This document shows positions 1-8,842 of a stretch of 64,000 nucleotides of DNA, piece after piece. How positions within the stretch are numbered: position 1 is the first letter of the stretch; the number at the start of each line of letters is the position of its first letter. Origin of the DNA: a virus; IMG/VR virus record IMGVR_UViG_3300045988_144418, positions 37,631-101,630 of that record; one strand, given 5' to 3'. The notes below the pieces were generated by a model. The model did no database searches, was not told where the DNA came from, and saw only the letters and a program-made list of their open reading frames with translations. The translations under genes were made by a program, and so were the position numbers.

Positions 1-59
1 GAAGACGCTGAGAAGAGTGGCGTGCAAGTGTGGATAACTATTAAAAATGAAAAGTGATT

Positions 60-698
60 ATGTGGAAAGTTGTCTGGAGATTTGTCTGTAGAAATTGGAA
101 GTGGGTCATGATGGGGTTGCTTGTTGTGGCTTTGCTTGCTTCTATGACTTATTCCAGAAACATGCGGTTGCGGTGGCTTCGTGAAAAGGGTAATACGGAG
201 GCACTTACCATGAAATATCGGTTGTCCGAGACAAAGCGGGGTGAAGCAGTGACCACCATTCAGGAGTTGCAATATACGGTTGATGAGTTTAAGAAGCGTC
301 AAGCAGATGATGCTGCAACCATAAAAGAACTAAAGATTCGTGCAAGTGAGGTGCGTGAGGTGGTGAAGACGGTCGTTGAGACGAAGATTATGTATAAAGA
401 TACAGTGATTTTGATGCGACCTGATTCTATTCTACACTGGAATCGTGATACAAAGTGGTGGTCAGTGCAACAGACGATAGATTTGGCAAAAAATCCGCCT
501 ATTACGGAATTTAATCTACATACTCGGGATAGTTTGACACATTACCTGTATTGTGTCCCTAAATGTCGGTTTTTAGGTTTGCATTTTGGTGCTAAAAGGT
601 ATGAGATAAAGGTTGTGAATCACAACCCTAATTCTACGATAAGCTATGCGAGGTGGATTTCTGTGTCAAAGGATAAACAAAAAAGGTATAGAGAATAG
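60..698 (+). CDS. hypothetical membrane-anchored coiled-coil protein
   Basis: ORF track 54..698; first ATG is at 60. It has an N-terminal hydrophobic segment (WVMMGLLVVALLASM) followed by a charged helical region. No family recognised. Confidence 0.5.
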   Translation: MWKVVWRFVCRNWKWVMMGLLVVALLASMTYSRNMRLRWLREKGNTEALTMKYRLSETKRGEAVTTIQELQYTVDEFKKRQADDAATIKELKIRASEVREVVKTVVETKIMYKDTVILMRPDSILHWNRDTKWWSVQQTIDLAKNPPITEFNLHTRDSLTHYLYCVPKCRFLGLHFGAKRYEIKVVNHNPNSTISYARWISVSKDKQKRYRE

Positions 699-3236
699 AT
701 GGCTTCATTTGTATTGGCGGAGTTTCCGCAGGTCGGGACAGGATTCACGGTAAAGACACAGTCAATTCCATTGGCTGGACTTGTCTGTGTTATGCGTATG
801 GCGAGAGCTAACTCCGGAAGCCTATTTAGATATTCGCTTGATGGTGGGCTGACATACACTGAATGGTTCACTGTCAATGATGAATCTCTAAAGGCGTGTC
901 TTGATATGAAGGATACGTTTGAGGTGGTGCTTGACTATGTAACCAAGGTTAAGGGTTCAGATCCTTCAGGAAGGATAGTTTTTAATAAGGACATTTTGAA
1001 TATGCCGTCCAGCGGTGCTCCAGTACAGAATGGCATATCTTCCAGTGATGAGTGGGAGATAACCATTGGTGCTGAAAGTGAATCTACCGAGCCTATTGAA
1101 GATGGAATGCAGCCTGTTGATTCAGTGGTGTATGACAGAACAGGCTTTAAAAGTTTCTTTGATGTAAATGATCTGGATGTTGTTGGGTGGGCTTGGAACG
1201 TTCTCGAAAAGATGTATATACATGGAGTTGTTCCCATCTATATTTCCAGAATTAATGCTGATGACTTTAATTCCTTCTTTTTGGCCATTACCCATTTATT
1301 TGCGATAATAGTGGTCTATGGACGAAAGTATCGCAGAATAGAGGACAGTGAGGTTTTGATGAAGACGTTTCTGGAGCAGTGGGGTATTGTATATGAGACA
1401 ATATTCACTCAAGAGGAACGAACCAATATTTTCAATGATTGGATAGGGGTCTTCAGCGAGAGGGGCACTTCGCAGATTGCTGACGAGGGTGTGCCCAATA
1501 GAGAGCTTCGCAGATTGCTTGGATATGGTAGGCCAAGTGAGTTTCTATTTGCCGTTCTGGAACCTTGTAATGTTGGGTGGTGTGTCGGTTATTCCTCTCC
1601 TATGTGGTACGGCACGGAATCAGTGAATGCCGTTTCAAAAGGGTGGGACTATGGTTTGGATTGGCTTCGTGGTAGTGAGATGAGAGGTGTTGGTTCTATG
1701 CAGCACTATCCTGTTGTTGGCAGTATTTCCAGAATCAACACGACTGATGGGTATGTTTTTCAGACAGGTTCCGGACGATGCGGTCTATATTCCACTAACA
1801 AGTCCAAGGCTATTGAGGTTTATTCCGGAATGGACTATGAAGTGACTGTTTGGGTTAAGGCTTTATCAAGTGGTGCGCAGAATATTGACTTTGGTGTCAA
1901 CTGTTTTGATGCCAATGGTGGAGTTTTGAAACAGGTCGGCCTTACCGATCTCCGAATCTCGGATAGCTTTTTTGATAGGGATGCTGATCATAGCCCTTGC
2001 CTTGTTCCTAACGTGTGGTATAGGTTACGGGGTGTTATTTATAACGTGCTTGCTGACAGGGATTTAAATTTAGCATTGAATTTTAAGGGTGGGAGACCTT
2101 TGAAGTTTGCCAACGGTACGGCATATCTGGCTCCATACATTATTCAAGATGGTCAGTCCAGTGTCACGATGCAGATTGGCGGTGTGACGGTGAAGCCGTT
2201 GTATCTTTTTCCAAGACACCAGACATACAATGTATCTATTGGTGATTCAGTTCCTATGCTGATGGATGGATATCCAGTGCAGGAACATTCGTGGAAGAAC
2301 GGTGCTGGAAATGATATGGTTACGACCATATCTCCAGTGGGGCAGGGTTTTTTGGGGTCAAAGGATGTTGTAGCCATTTATTCGCAGATTAATTCCGCCA
2401 GAACCAAGAAGGATGTAGAGTTATTTATTAGGAATTATCTTCTCTCCTATAAGGAGGTCTTCTGGGGTGCATGGCTTGATTATATTCGTCGTTCATCCTA
2501 TTATCTTACATTTGCCGTGACAAAGGCAATTAATGGGGTTCCTCTTGAGGGTGTTGTTGTTACATTAAGTAATGGTTTGTCGGGAACAACGGATGAGGAG
2601 GGTTATATTCGATTTGAGGTTGAGACAGGCGTCACAGTGAACTGGGATGCTGTGATGAAGGGTGTTCGTGAGGTTGGCACAGTACAGATGACTGATGATA
2701 GGCTGGTGGAGGTGGCCTTGAATTTGCCTGTGAATGTGAATGTTTCCATTTATCAGGACGGTTGGGGTACGGTTAAGGTTGGAGGTTCTCTTATTCCTGG
2801 ATCCATTATGACGTTGACAGCTGTTGGTAAGAAAGGGTTCACGTTTAAGTCCTGGGAGGTGAACTATGAAGGGTTTACGGTTAATCCATTGAATTATCCT
2901 ATTACAGGTTATGTGGATCCTATTGATGTGCTTGCCATTTTTGAGCGAAGTGGTGAGTTTGTGTTTGTTCCTCATAGGGTTGAGATTCCTTATGATGGGG
3001 GAACTGCTATTGTTCAGGCCTTATCATCCAAGAAGTGGGCTTTGGATGCTATTGATGCAGATTGGGTGTCTGTAAGTCCGAAGTCAGGAGGGGCAGGGGC
3101 GACTGAGATAAGAATTAATGTAAGTGACACTACCTATGACAAGTTCACTGTAAAGTCTGAGGGTTCTGATGGCTATGAAGCCTTTACCTGTGAGACCGGA
3201 GGAAGTATTGCTGATGAATTGTTTGTAAAAAAATAA
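699..3236 (+). CDS. multidomain tail fibre / receptor-binding protein with C-terminal BACON domain
   Basis: 845 aa. The middle resembles a CBM/jelly-roll (AIEVYSGMDYEVTVWVKALSSGAQNIDFGVNCFD). A carboxypeptidase-regulatory-like segment follows (GVVVTLSNGLSGTTDEEGYIRFEV), then an InlB-B-repeat-like segment (GSIMTLTAVGKKGFTFKSWEVN). The C-terminal BACON-like segment reads WALDAIDADWVSVSPKSGGAGATEIRINVSD. Confidence 0.6.
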   Translation: MASFVLAEFPQVGTGFTVKTQSIPLAGLVCVMRMARANSGSLFRYSLDGGLTYTEWFTVNDESLKACLDMKDTFEVVLDYVTKVKGSDPSGRIVFNKDILNMPSSGAPVQNGISSSDEWEITIGAESESTEPIEDGMQPVDSVVYDRTGFKSFFDVNDLDVVGWAWNVLEKMYIHGVVPIYISRINADDFNSFFLAITHLFAIIVVYGRKYRRIEDSEVLMKTFLEQWGIVYETIFTQEERTNIFNDWIGVFSERGTSQIADEGVPNRELRRLLGYGRPSEFLFAVLEPCNVGWCVGYSSPMWYGTESVNAVSKGWDYGLDWLRGSEMRGVGSMQHYPVVGSISRINTTDGYVFQTGSGRCGLYSTNKSKAIEVYSGMDYEVTVWVKALSSGAQNIDFGVNCFDANGGVLKQVGLTDLRISDSFFDRDADHSPCLVPNVWYRLRGVIYNVLADRDLNLALNFKGGRPLKFANGTAYLAPYIIQDGQSSVTMQIGGVTVKPLYLFPRHQTYNVSIGDSVPMLMDGYPVQEHSWKNGAGNDMVTTISPVGQGFLGSKDVVAIYSQINSARTKKDVELFIRNYLLSYKEVFWGAWLDYIRRSSYYLTFAVTKAINGVPLEGVVVTLSNGLSGTTDEEGYIRFEVETGVTVNWDAVMKGVREVGTVQMTDDRLVEVALNLPVNVNVSIYQDGWGTVKVGGSLIPGSIMTLTAVGKKGFTFKSWEVNYEGFTVNPLNYPITGYVDPIDVLAIFERSGEFVFVPHRVEIPYDGGTAIVQALSSKKWALDAIDADWVSVSPKSGGAGATEIRINVSDTTYDKFTVKSEGSDGYEAFTCETGGSIADELFVKK

Positions 3237-3248
3237 ATAGATTGCGAT

Positions 3249-4133
3249 ATGAGCAGAATTAATATTCACAGAGGAACATTCTTGGAGAAAGAGGAGCTTG
3301 TGCGAATGTTGTCATTCCTGGAGGACAGAGATGATATATCAGCGGTTCTTTCCTCCTCTTTGACATACGGCATTGTTTCTCCAGGAGCAAAGGCAGGAAC
3401 GGCATTTTCTATCTCTATTTCGGCGAAGGGTAATGCGGTCGACGTTGTAGGAGGATACATTATTACATCAGCTAATAAGGCCTTTAGATTACCTGATACG
3501 ACAGAGTTTGCTATTCCAGAGGACAATCAGTTCTATTGGCTGAAGATTAGTCCAAGGGAACGGAACTATGAGGATGGAACTGTTCAAGTGGATGTGTCTG
3601 GAAATGTTTCCGGAAGTGTATCCTTTAATGGTGTTGTTCGTAGTCAGTCATCGGGTGTTCCTACGTGTATTAAGTTTGTGAAGGATAATGGTTTCACACC
3701 GAAGAACAGTCAGGTTTATCAGGTTGTGGATATTGTGGATGATAATAATATCATTCTATCTGGCGGTCAGGCGTTTGTGAAGGAATCTGATCTCAAGGTT
3801 GTGGTGCTTGGTTCCATTCCGATGGGTAGGAGGTTTACTGATGAACAGTTGGAGGGTCTTTATACCTTTACTGATGTAGAGATTAGTCTTGTTGAGGAAG
3901 TGGTTACTGGGGAAGCTCCACAGAAAGACAATGATGAATACTATATTGCCAGAATAAAGAACAACGGTGGAAATATTGTGTGGAGTGATGAACGTTCTGA
4001 ATTTTGGAGTCTTGGAGGTGGTGGGGGTGTTCCAGTACCACAAGGATATGAAAGTTTTCAGGTTCTTACCGAAACTGGCTTGTATGAGAACTTTGAGGTT
4101 ATTGACGGGATTTTGCAGGTGGTTGAACAGTAA
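3249..4133 (+). CDS. hypothetical protein, probably virion/tail associated by position
   Basis: 294-aa ORF packed tightly after the fibre gene. No motif recognised. Confidence 0.45.
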   Translation: MSRINIHRGTFLEKEELVRMLSFLEDRDDISAVLSSSLTYGIVSPGAKAGTAFSISISAKGNAVDVVGGYIITSANKAFRLPDTTEFAIPEDNQFYWLKISPRERNYEDGTVQVDVSGNVSGSVSFNGVVRSQSSGVPTCIKFVKDNGFTPKNSQVYQVVDIVDDNNIILSGGQAFVKESDLKVVVLGSIPMGRRFTDEQLEGLYTFTDVEISLVEEVVTGEAPQKDNDEYYIARIKNNGGNIVWSDERSEFWSLGGGGGVPVPQGYESFQVLTETGLYENFEVIDGILQVVEQ

Positions 4134-4145
4134 AGGAAGTGAATT

Positions 4146-4721
4146 ATGCAACTCTACTATACAACGACAACAGGCTATAATGCTATTCAGACAAATCCAA
4201 GCAGGTCACTTGGAGGATTTAAGTCATCAACGCTTGTTATTAATGATGATTTTTCTAATCTTTTTGATGACGTGTCCATTATGACGGTGCGTAATGCACG
4301 TCCGGAATATAGGGCTATCATTCTGAGGAATGAATTTATGAGTCAGGTTCGCAAGGTGAAAGTGTCGGTGAAGAATGCGGCAGATTCTATATGCCGATAT
4401 AAGATGGCTGTGGAATATCTTGTTACGACTGACAAGTATGGTACAAAGAAAATGAGTAACGTTCAGTCGGCTCAGAGTAGGCCGTTTGCCGCACAGTTTG
4501 TGGATATGTCAGAGGGTGTGGTGCTTGATCTTGCAGAAACGCTTAATTCGGGTCAGGAAGTTGGTATCTGGATATGTCGTGAAATTGACAAAGTAAAGGC
4601 TAAAGAGCAATATGACAATGTCTGCAAGCCTGATCCGACAGATCCTACTGGAAGACGCTATGTGGCGGTGGAACGACTAACCGAGGAAGCCGTTGATATA
4701 GTGGTTGACTGGAAAGGTTAG
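4146..4721 (+). CDS. hypothetical protein
   Basis: 191-aa ORF, same strand and close spacing. No motif recognised. Confidence 0.45.
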   Translation: MQLYYTTTTGYNAIQTNPSRSLGGFKSSTLVINDDFSNLFDDVSIMTVRNARPEYRAIILRNEFMSQVRKVKVSVKNAADSICRYKMAVEYLVTTDKYGTKKMSNVQSAQSRPFAAQFVDMSEGVVLDLAETLNSGQEVGIWICREIDKVKAKEQYDNVCKPDPTDPTGRRYVAVERLTEEAVDIVVDWKG

Positions 4722-4752
4722 TCAGTCTGATTAAGTTAGAAATGATTTCGTT

Positions 4753-5280
4753 ATGTTGTATGACACAGACATTTATCAGAACATTGTTCTGACTCTATAT
4801 GATTATCTTCAACGAAGTGTGAAGAAGATGCCACGTTCCATAAAGTGGGAAAAACCGTCTCATCGAAAGACGGTTATTTCTTTTATAGAAAGTCTTCCTG
4901 ATACAGCAGGGGTACAGTTTATTTGGGATTTTCTGGTTTTCCAGTTTTACATCTATAATTTTCAGGATCAAAAGTTGCGACCTCTTCCCGCTTGGTTTAT
5001 GGGTAAGGAAGCGTGGGATCGGTGGAAATCTTATGATAGTGGTGCAAGGTATCACGCTTTTGAATGGGCAGGTGAACATCATATAGAAAATCCATTGAGA
5101 AATGTAAATTATAAAAATGTTGCACAGAGTGTGTTGGAAGCGGAAAGGCTGAGAATGTCTCGTATATCTGGGCCGAATTATTGTGGTTTGAAGTATGATA
5201 ACCCCTATGATGGATCCAGTAGAATGTGCATGTCATGTCCATTTGTATGGGACTGTGATACTCTTTATGGAGGGAAATGA
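4753..5280 (+). CDS. hypothetical protein
   Basis: 175-aa ORF preceded by the conserved agaaatgatttcgttATG initiation motif. Confidence 0.45.
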   Translation: MLYDTDIYQNIVLTLYDYLQRSVKKMPRSIKWEKPSHRKTVISFIESLPDTAGVQFIWDFLVFQFYIYNFQDQKLRPLPAWFMGKEAWDRWKSYDSGARYHAFEWAGEHHIENPLRNVNYKNVAQSVLEAERLRMSRISGPNYCGLKYDNPYDGSSRMCMSCPFVWDCDTLYGGK

Positions 5281-5281
5281 T

Positions 5282-5677
5282 ATGGGTGTAAAGGGAGTTT
5301 GTCGTAAGTGTGGACGTGAGACAGTGATAGTTAATAAGACGCACTGTTTGTGTAGTGGCTGTAATTATAGGCGACTGCATAATGGTCTGTCACGGTTTGA
5401 ATATAAGTTTATGACGATGAAGTTTCCGGAGCGAGCACGGAAAAAGCGTACTGGGGAGGCGGAGCTTTTTAGGGAGATATGGGCGGAGCGACCACACATT
5501 TGTTCACATTGTGGCCGACAGCTTCCTCCTCCTATGCGAGCAGGTTATTTCAGCCATATTCATTCCAAGGGGGCAAGACCTGACTTGCGGCTTTGCAAGG
5601 ATAATATAGAATTGTTATGTCTGGAGTGTCATTCACGGCACGAATTTGGATTTAATTATGAAAGAGATTCTCATTAA
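5282..5677 (+). CDS. HNH endonuclease-like zinc-finger protein
   Basis: Has Cys pairs CRKCG...CSGC and an HNH-like signature SHIHSKGARPDLRLCKDNIELLCLECH. The ATG at 5282 is 1 nt after the upstream stop; the track start at 5195 would overlap 86 nt. Confidence 0.6.
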   Translation: MGVKGVCRKCGRETVIVNKTHCLCSGCNYRRLHNGLSRFEYKFMTMKFPERARKKRTGEAELFREIWAERPHICSHCGRQLPPPMRAGYFSHIHSKGARPDLRLCKDNIELLCLECHSRHEFGFNYERDSH

Positions 5678-6047
5678 GTTAAAGTTACTGGCTGACTCCT
5701 TAGGAATAGGTGCTGTGTCAGCGGAGGTTGAAAAGATTATGCTTCAGGAACAGCAGGTGTCAACGGAAACGGTTCTTCGTCTGCTTGGCGAGTTGCTGTC
5801 AATGCTGTCCACTATGGGCAGAAGGATGATGCACTTTAGGGACAGGACAGGCCAGATTCTTTCCAAGGGCTTTATCATTATGTTCCGTAAGAGTGAGACA
5901 GTTGAGGGTGAGCCTACTATTGTTATCAATGACTTTGGTGCAGGACTAAAGGCGGAGAACAACCCTGTTATAGAACTGGAGCTTGTTTATGACGATGTTG
6001 ACGTGCGTGATGAGGACTTTGACACGTTATTATTAATGAAAAACTAA
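5658..6047 (+). CDS. hypothetical protein
   Basis: ORF track 5646..6047 starts at TTG; first ATG is at 5658. No motif recognised, and its position beside HNH/terminase is the only context. Confidence 0.4.
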   Translation: MKEILIKLKLLADSLGIGAVSAEVEKIMLQEQQVSTETVLRLLGELLSMLSTMGRRMMHFRDRTGQILSKGFIIMFRKSETVEGEPTIVINDFGAGLKAENNPVIELELVYDDVDVRDEDFDTLLLMKN

Positions 6048-6060
6048 AAATGATTTTGTT

Positions 6061-6720
6061 ATGAATTCCACGATTAGGTACATAATTGTTGGTGACAGTG
6101 AGACTGGAGGGCTTCCTAATAAGGGCAAACAGGCTTTCTATGACATTGCACTGTGTGAATTTGCCTTTGTCGTTATAGATATTCAGGAAATGAAAGTGGT
6201 GGAGGAATGGAGTACACTCTTTAGACCCTATAAGGACAATCTTGAGTATAACCCCCAGGCACTTGAGGTCAATGGTCTTACGGTTGAACAGTTGCAGAAA
6301 AGCGGTGATGACCTGAAGAACATCTATAAGGAAATGATCATGTTGTTTAAGAAGTATAAGAATCCTCGTATAGGAGCGGTACTTGCAGGACATAATTTTC
6401 AGCCGTTTGATATGCCTTTTCTCACTAATATGTTTGAGTTTTGCGGTGATAGCATCTGGAATTATGTCACGTTCGTGGAGGACACCATGAAGCTGGCTTG
6501 GTATCGTGCCAAGGAGCAGGAAAATTACAAGCTCGGAACGTGCTGTCGTATGGAGGGTGTTGATTTGGTTAACGCTCATCGTGCGCTTGCTGACACAAAG
6601 GCGAACGCCCTGTTGCTTTTGAAATACATTTCCTATATGCGTGGCTCTGGAGAGGGTTCGAGCGTTGCGATTCCAAGAATGAAGCCGTCTTCCTTTAGAG
6701 AGACCTTTCAACTTGTGTAG
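6061..6720 (+). CDS. DnaQ-like DEDDh 3'-5' exonuclease
   Basis: ExoI VGDSETGG, ExoII HNFQPFDMPFL, ExoIII HRALADTKANA. Confidence 0.75.
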   Translation: MNSTIRYIIVGDSETGGLPNKGKQAFYDIALCEFAFVVIDIQEMKVVEEWSTLFRPYKDNLEYNPQALEVNGLTVEQLQKSGDDLKNIYKEMIMLFKKYKNPRIGAVLAGHNFQPFDMPFLTNMFEFCGDSIWNYVTFVEDTMKLAWYRAKEQENYKLGTCCRMEGVDLVNAHRALADTKANALLLLKYISYMRGSGEGSSVAIPRMKPSSFRETFQLV

Positions 6721-6722
6721 TG

Positions 6723-8822
6723 ATGATTGAGTTTAATGAGAATAACAGTCTTTCTTTTCGGCAGCTGGATAGTATTATAGACACCACAACGAGAATAGTG
6801 CAGAATCTCCCTGTAAAAGCCATAAATCAGCTTATGGAGGGGTATAGGGGGGATCAGGATGCTATGTTGTCAGAGATGTTTCGTCAGACAGAGAATGTTC
6901 TGAAGTTGAACACTACATTGGAAACTGAACGTCTTTCCTATGTCGATCAGCTTATTGAGAGCATGGATGAGTCCTTGAAGATAATGTCATACAATTACTT
7001 CAAGACTACAATGCTTCCTAATTTTAGACAGGGGTGGAGAAATCTTGAGTGGGGTAATATGATTCAGCTGTACCCGAATAGTGCTTATCTTGCGGCTCGT
7101 TCTCATGGGAAGTGCTTTTTGGCTGGAACTCACATCTTGATGGCTGATTGGACAGTGAAGAATGTGGAGGACATCTATCCTGGGATGGAGGTGATGGGTA
7201 TGGACTTTACCCCAAGAAAGGTTTTCACACGGCATATTGGTCGGTCACAGATGTTTACGGTGCACCAGGAGAATGGCATTTCCTATACCGTGAATAGATT
7301 CCACATTCTCTGCCTATGGGATACAAAGAGGAAACACTATGTTGAGGTTCCGATGGGAAATTTTCTGAAATATCCTCAAGAAAAACAGAATAGGTTTAGA
7401 GGGTACAGAGTGTTTTCGAGCGACAACCCTATACTGGAATATTCTCCTATAGCGGTTGAACCGTATGGTGATGGATCCTACTATGGTTTTGCCTGTGACG
7501 GTGATCATAAGTTTCTTCTGGAGGACAATACTGTTGTTCATAATTCGTATGAATTTTGTATGGGGCTTCCTCTGTGGAGGATGTACTCCTATCGTAGACC
7601 AAATTTTATGAAGCCTGATATTCCGGACAATAGGAATAGAAAGGAAACTTGCATTATAACCAACACGGAGACACTCGGTAAGGAGCATCTGGATAAGATT
7701 AAGGAGGAGATTCATACCAATGAAGCACTTTCAGCGGTGCTTAATCCGAACGGCAAGGCTTCGCTTGGAGCTACTGGCTTTGAGTGTGAGAATGGATCCA
7801 AACTGCATCTTAGAGGGAAGGACGGATTCATTCGAGGTCTTCACGTGGGTGCGGCTGTGTCTGATGACCTCCCTGATGATAGCTCCATCTATAGTCTGGA
7901 GCAGAGAGAGAAGTTGAGAGACCTGTTTAAGGGTGCTATCACCCCTATTGTAGAGCCGTATGGATATAATATCGTGGATGGCACACCGTATCAGGCACAG
8001 GATCTTTATTATGAGTTGAAGCAGGATCCGAAATTTATGGTGTTTGAGTATCCAGCCATATTTCCTGACGGCAGACTTTTGGCACCTGATCGTTTTACGT
8101 TTGACAAGTTGATGGAGGAAAAGAAGTCCGTGGGTACGCTTGTGTTTAGCCGTGAGTATCTTGTTGTTCCTATTTCTGACGATTCCACCATTTTTCCTAT
8201 GGAGATATTAATGCGAAGCACGATAGGAATGGAGAATGTGCGACTTGTAGATAATATTGAATCGTTTCCATTCAAGTTGTCCAGAGTGGTTGTAGGGTGT
8301 GATTTTGCCGTGTCAGGAAATGTGGGTGCTGACTACACTTGTTATACGGTATGGGGGAAGGATTTGAATGGTTCCTATTATCTTCTGTACATCTATCGGG
8401 AAAAAGGTTTGTCACATAATGAGCAGATAAACAAGATAGAGTACTTGAACACGGTGTTTAAGCCGAATGAGATTGTGGTGGAGAATAACGGTTTTCAGTC
8501 CATTCTTGCTGATATGTGTGTACAGAGAGGAATCAAAAATATATATCCGTTTACCACTACTTCAGGAAACAAGAAGGACTTGCGAACAGGGTGGGCGTCG
8601 CTTGCAGCTCTATTTGAGAGAGGTGATATACGATGTCCGTATCATCCTGACACACGACAGAGGATAGACACTATGTTTGGGGAGTTTACATCTATTGCGT
8701 TTCGTTCTGATAAAGGTACACTGGAATCCATTAGCGGTCACGATGACACAGTATCATCCTCGTTTATGGCAATAAATAGATTACGTGAATCAGCTGTTCA
8801 GATAAAGGTTGATGCAGTATAA
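6723..8822 (+). CDS. terL: terminase large subunit, intein-containing
   Basis: The Walker-A loop AARSHGK|S is interrupted by an intein. The C-terminal half looks like an RNaseH-fold nuclease region (VVGCDFAVSG...DYTCYTVWG, GHDDTVSS). ATG at 6723; the track's GTG at 6720 overlaps the upstream stop. Confidence 0.8.
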   Translation: MIEFNENNSLSFRQLDSIIDTTTRIVQNLPVKAINQLMEGYRGDQDAMLSEMFRQTENVLKLNTTLETERLSYVDQLIESMDESLKIMSYNYFKTTMLPNFRQGWRNLEWGNMIQLYPNSAYLAARSHGKCFLAGTHILMADWTVKNVEDIYPGMEVMGMDFTPRKVFTRHIGRSQMFTVHQENGISYTVNRFHILCLWDTKRKHYVEVPMGNFLKYPQEKQNRFRGYRVFSSDNPILEYSPIAVEPYGDGSYYGFACDGDHKFLLEDNTVVHNSYEFCMGLPLWRMYSYRRPNFMKPDIPDNRNRKETCIITNTETLGKEHLDKIKEEIHTNEALSAVLNPNGKASLGATGFECENGSKLHLRGKDGFIRGLHVGAAVSDDLPDDSSIYSLEQREKLRDLFKGAITPIVEPYGYNIVDGTPYQAQDLYYELKQDPKFMVFEYPAIFPDGRLLAPDRFTFDKLMEEKKSVGTLVFSREYLVVPISDDSTIFPMEILMRSTIGMENVRLVDNIESFPFKLSRVVVGCDFAVSGNVGADYTCYTVWGKDLNGSYYLLYIYREKGLSHNEQINKIEYLNTVFKPNEIVVENNGFQSILADMCVQRGIKNIYPFTTTSGNKKDLRTGWASLAALFERGDIRCPYHPDTRQRIDTMFGEFTSIAFRSDKGTLESISGHDDTVSSSFMAINRLRESAVQIKVDAV
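7113..7544 (+). mobile_element. mini-intein (144 aa, no homing-endonuclease domain) in the terminase P-loop
   Basis: Starts with Cys (tgc at 7113-7115; CFLAGTHILMADW). Ends ...YYGFACDGDHKFLLEDNTVVHN (aat at 7542-7544), followed by the +1 Ser (tcg at 7545-7547). These are classic block A and block F/G signatures. Confidence 0.8.
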
Positions 8823-8842
8823 TAAAATAGAAATGATTTTGT

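Noticed and set aside
5968-6711. 247-aa minus-strand ORF antisense to the DnaQ-like exonuclease gene. The same class includes 32219..32998, 33881..34630, 41865..42476, 46682..47284, 47683..48348 and 58610..59194 on the minus strand.
   Set aside because: Each lies entirely antisense to a + strand gene with clear catalytic motifs. Their translations are His/Cys/Leu/Ser-rich with no motifs, and they have no promoter or start context. They are shadow ORFs.
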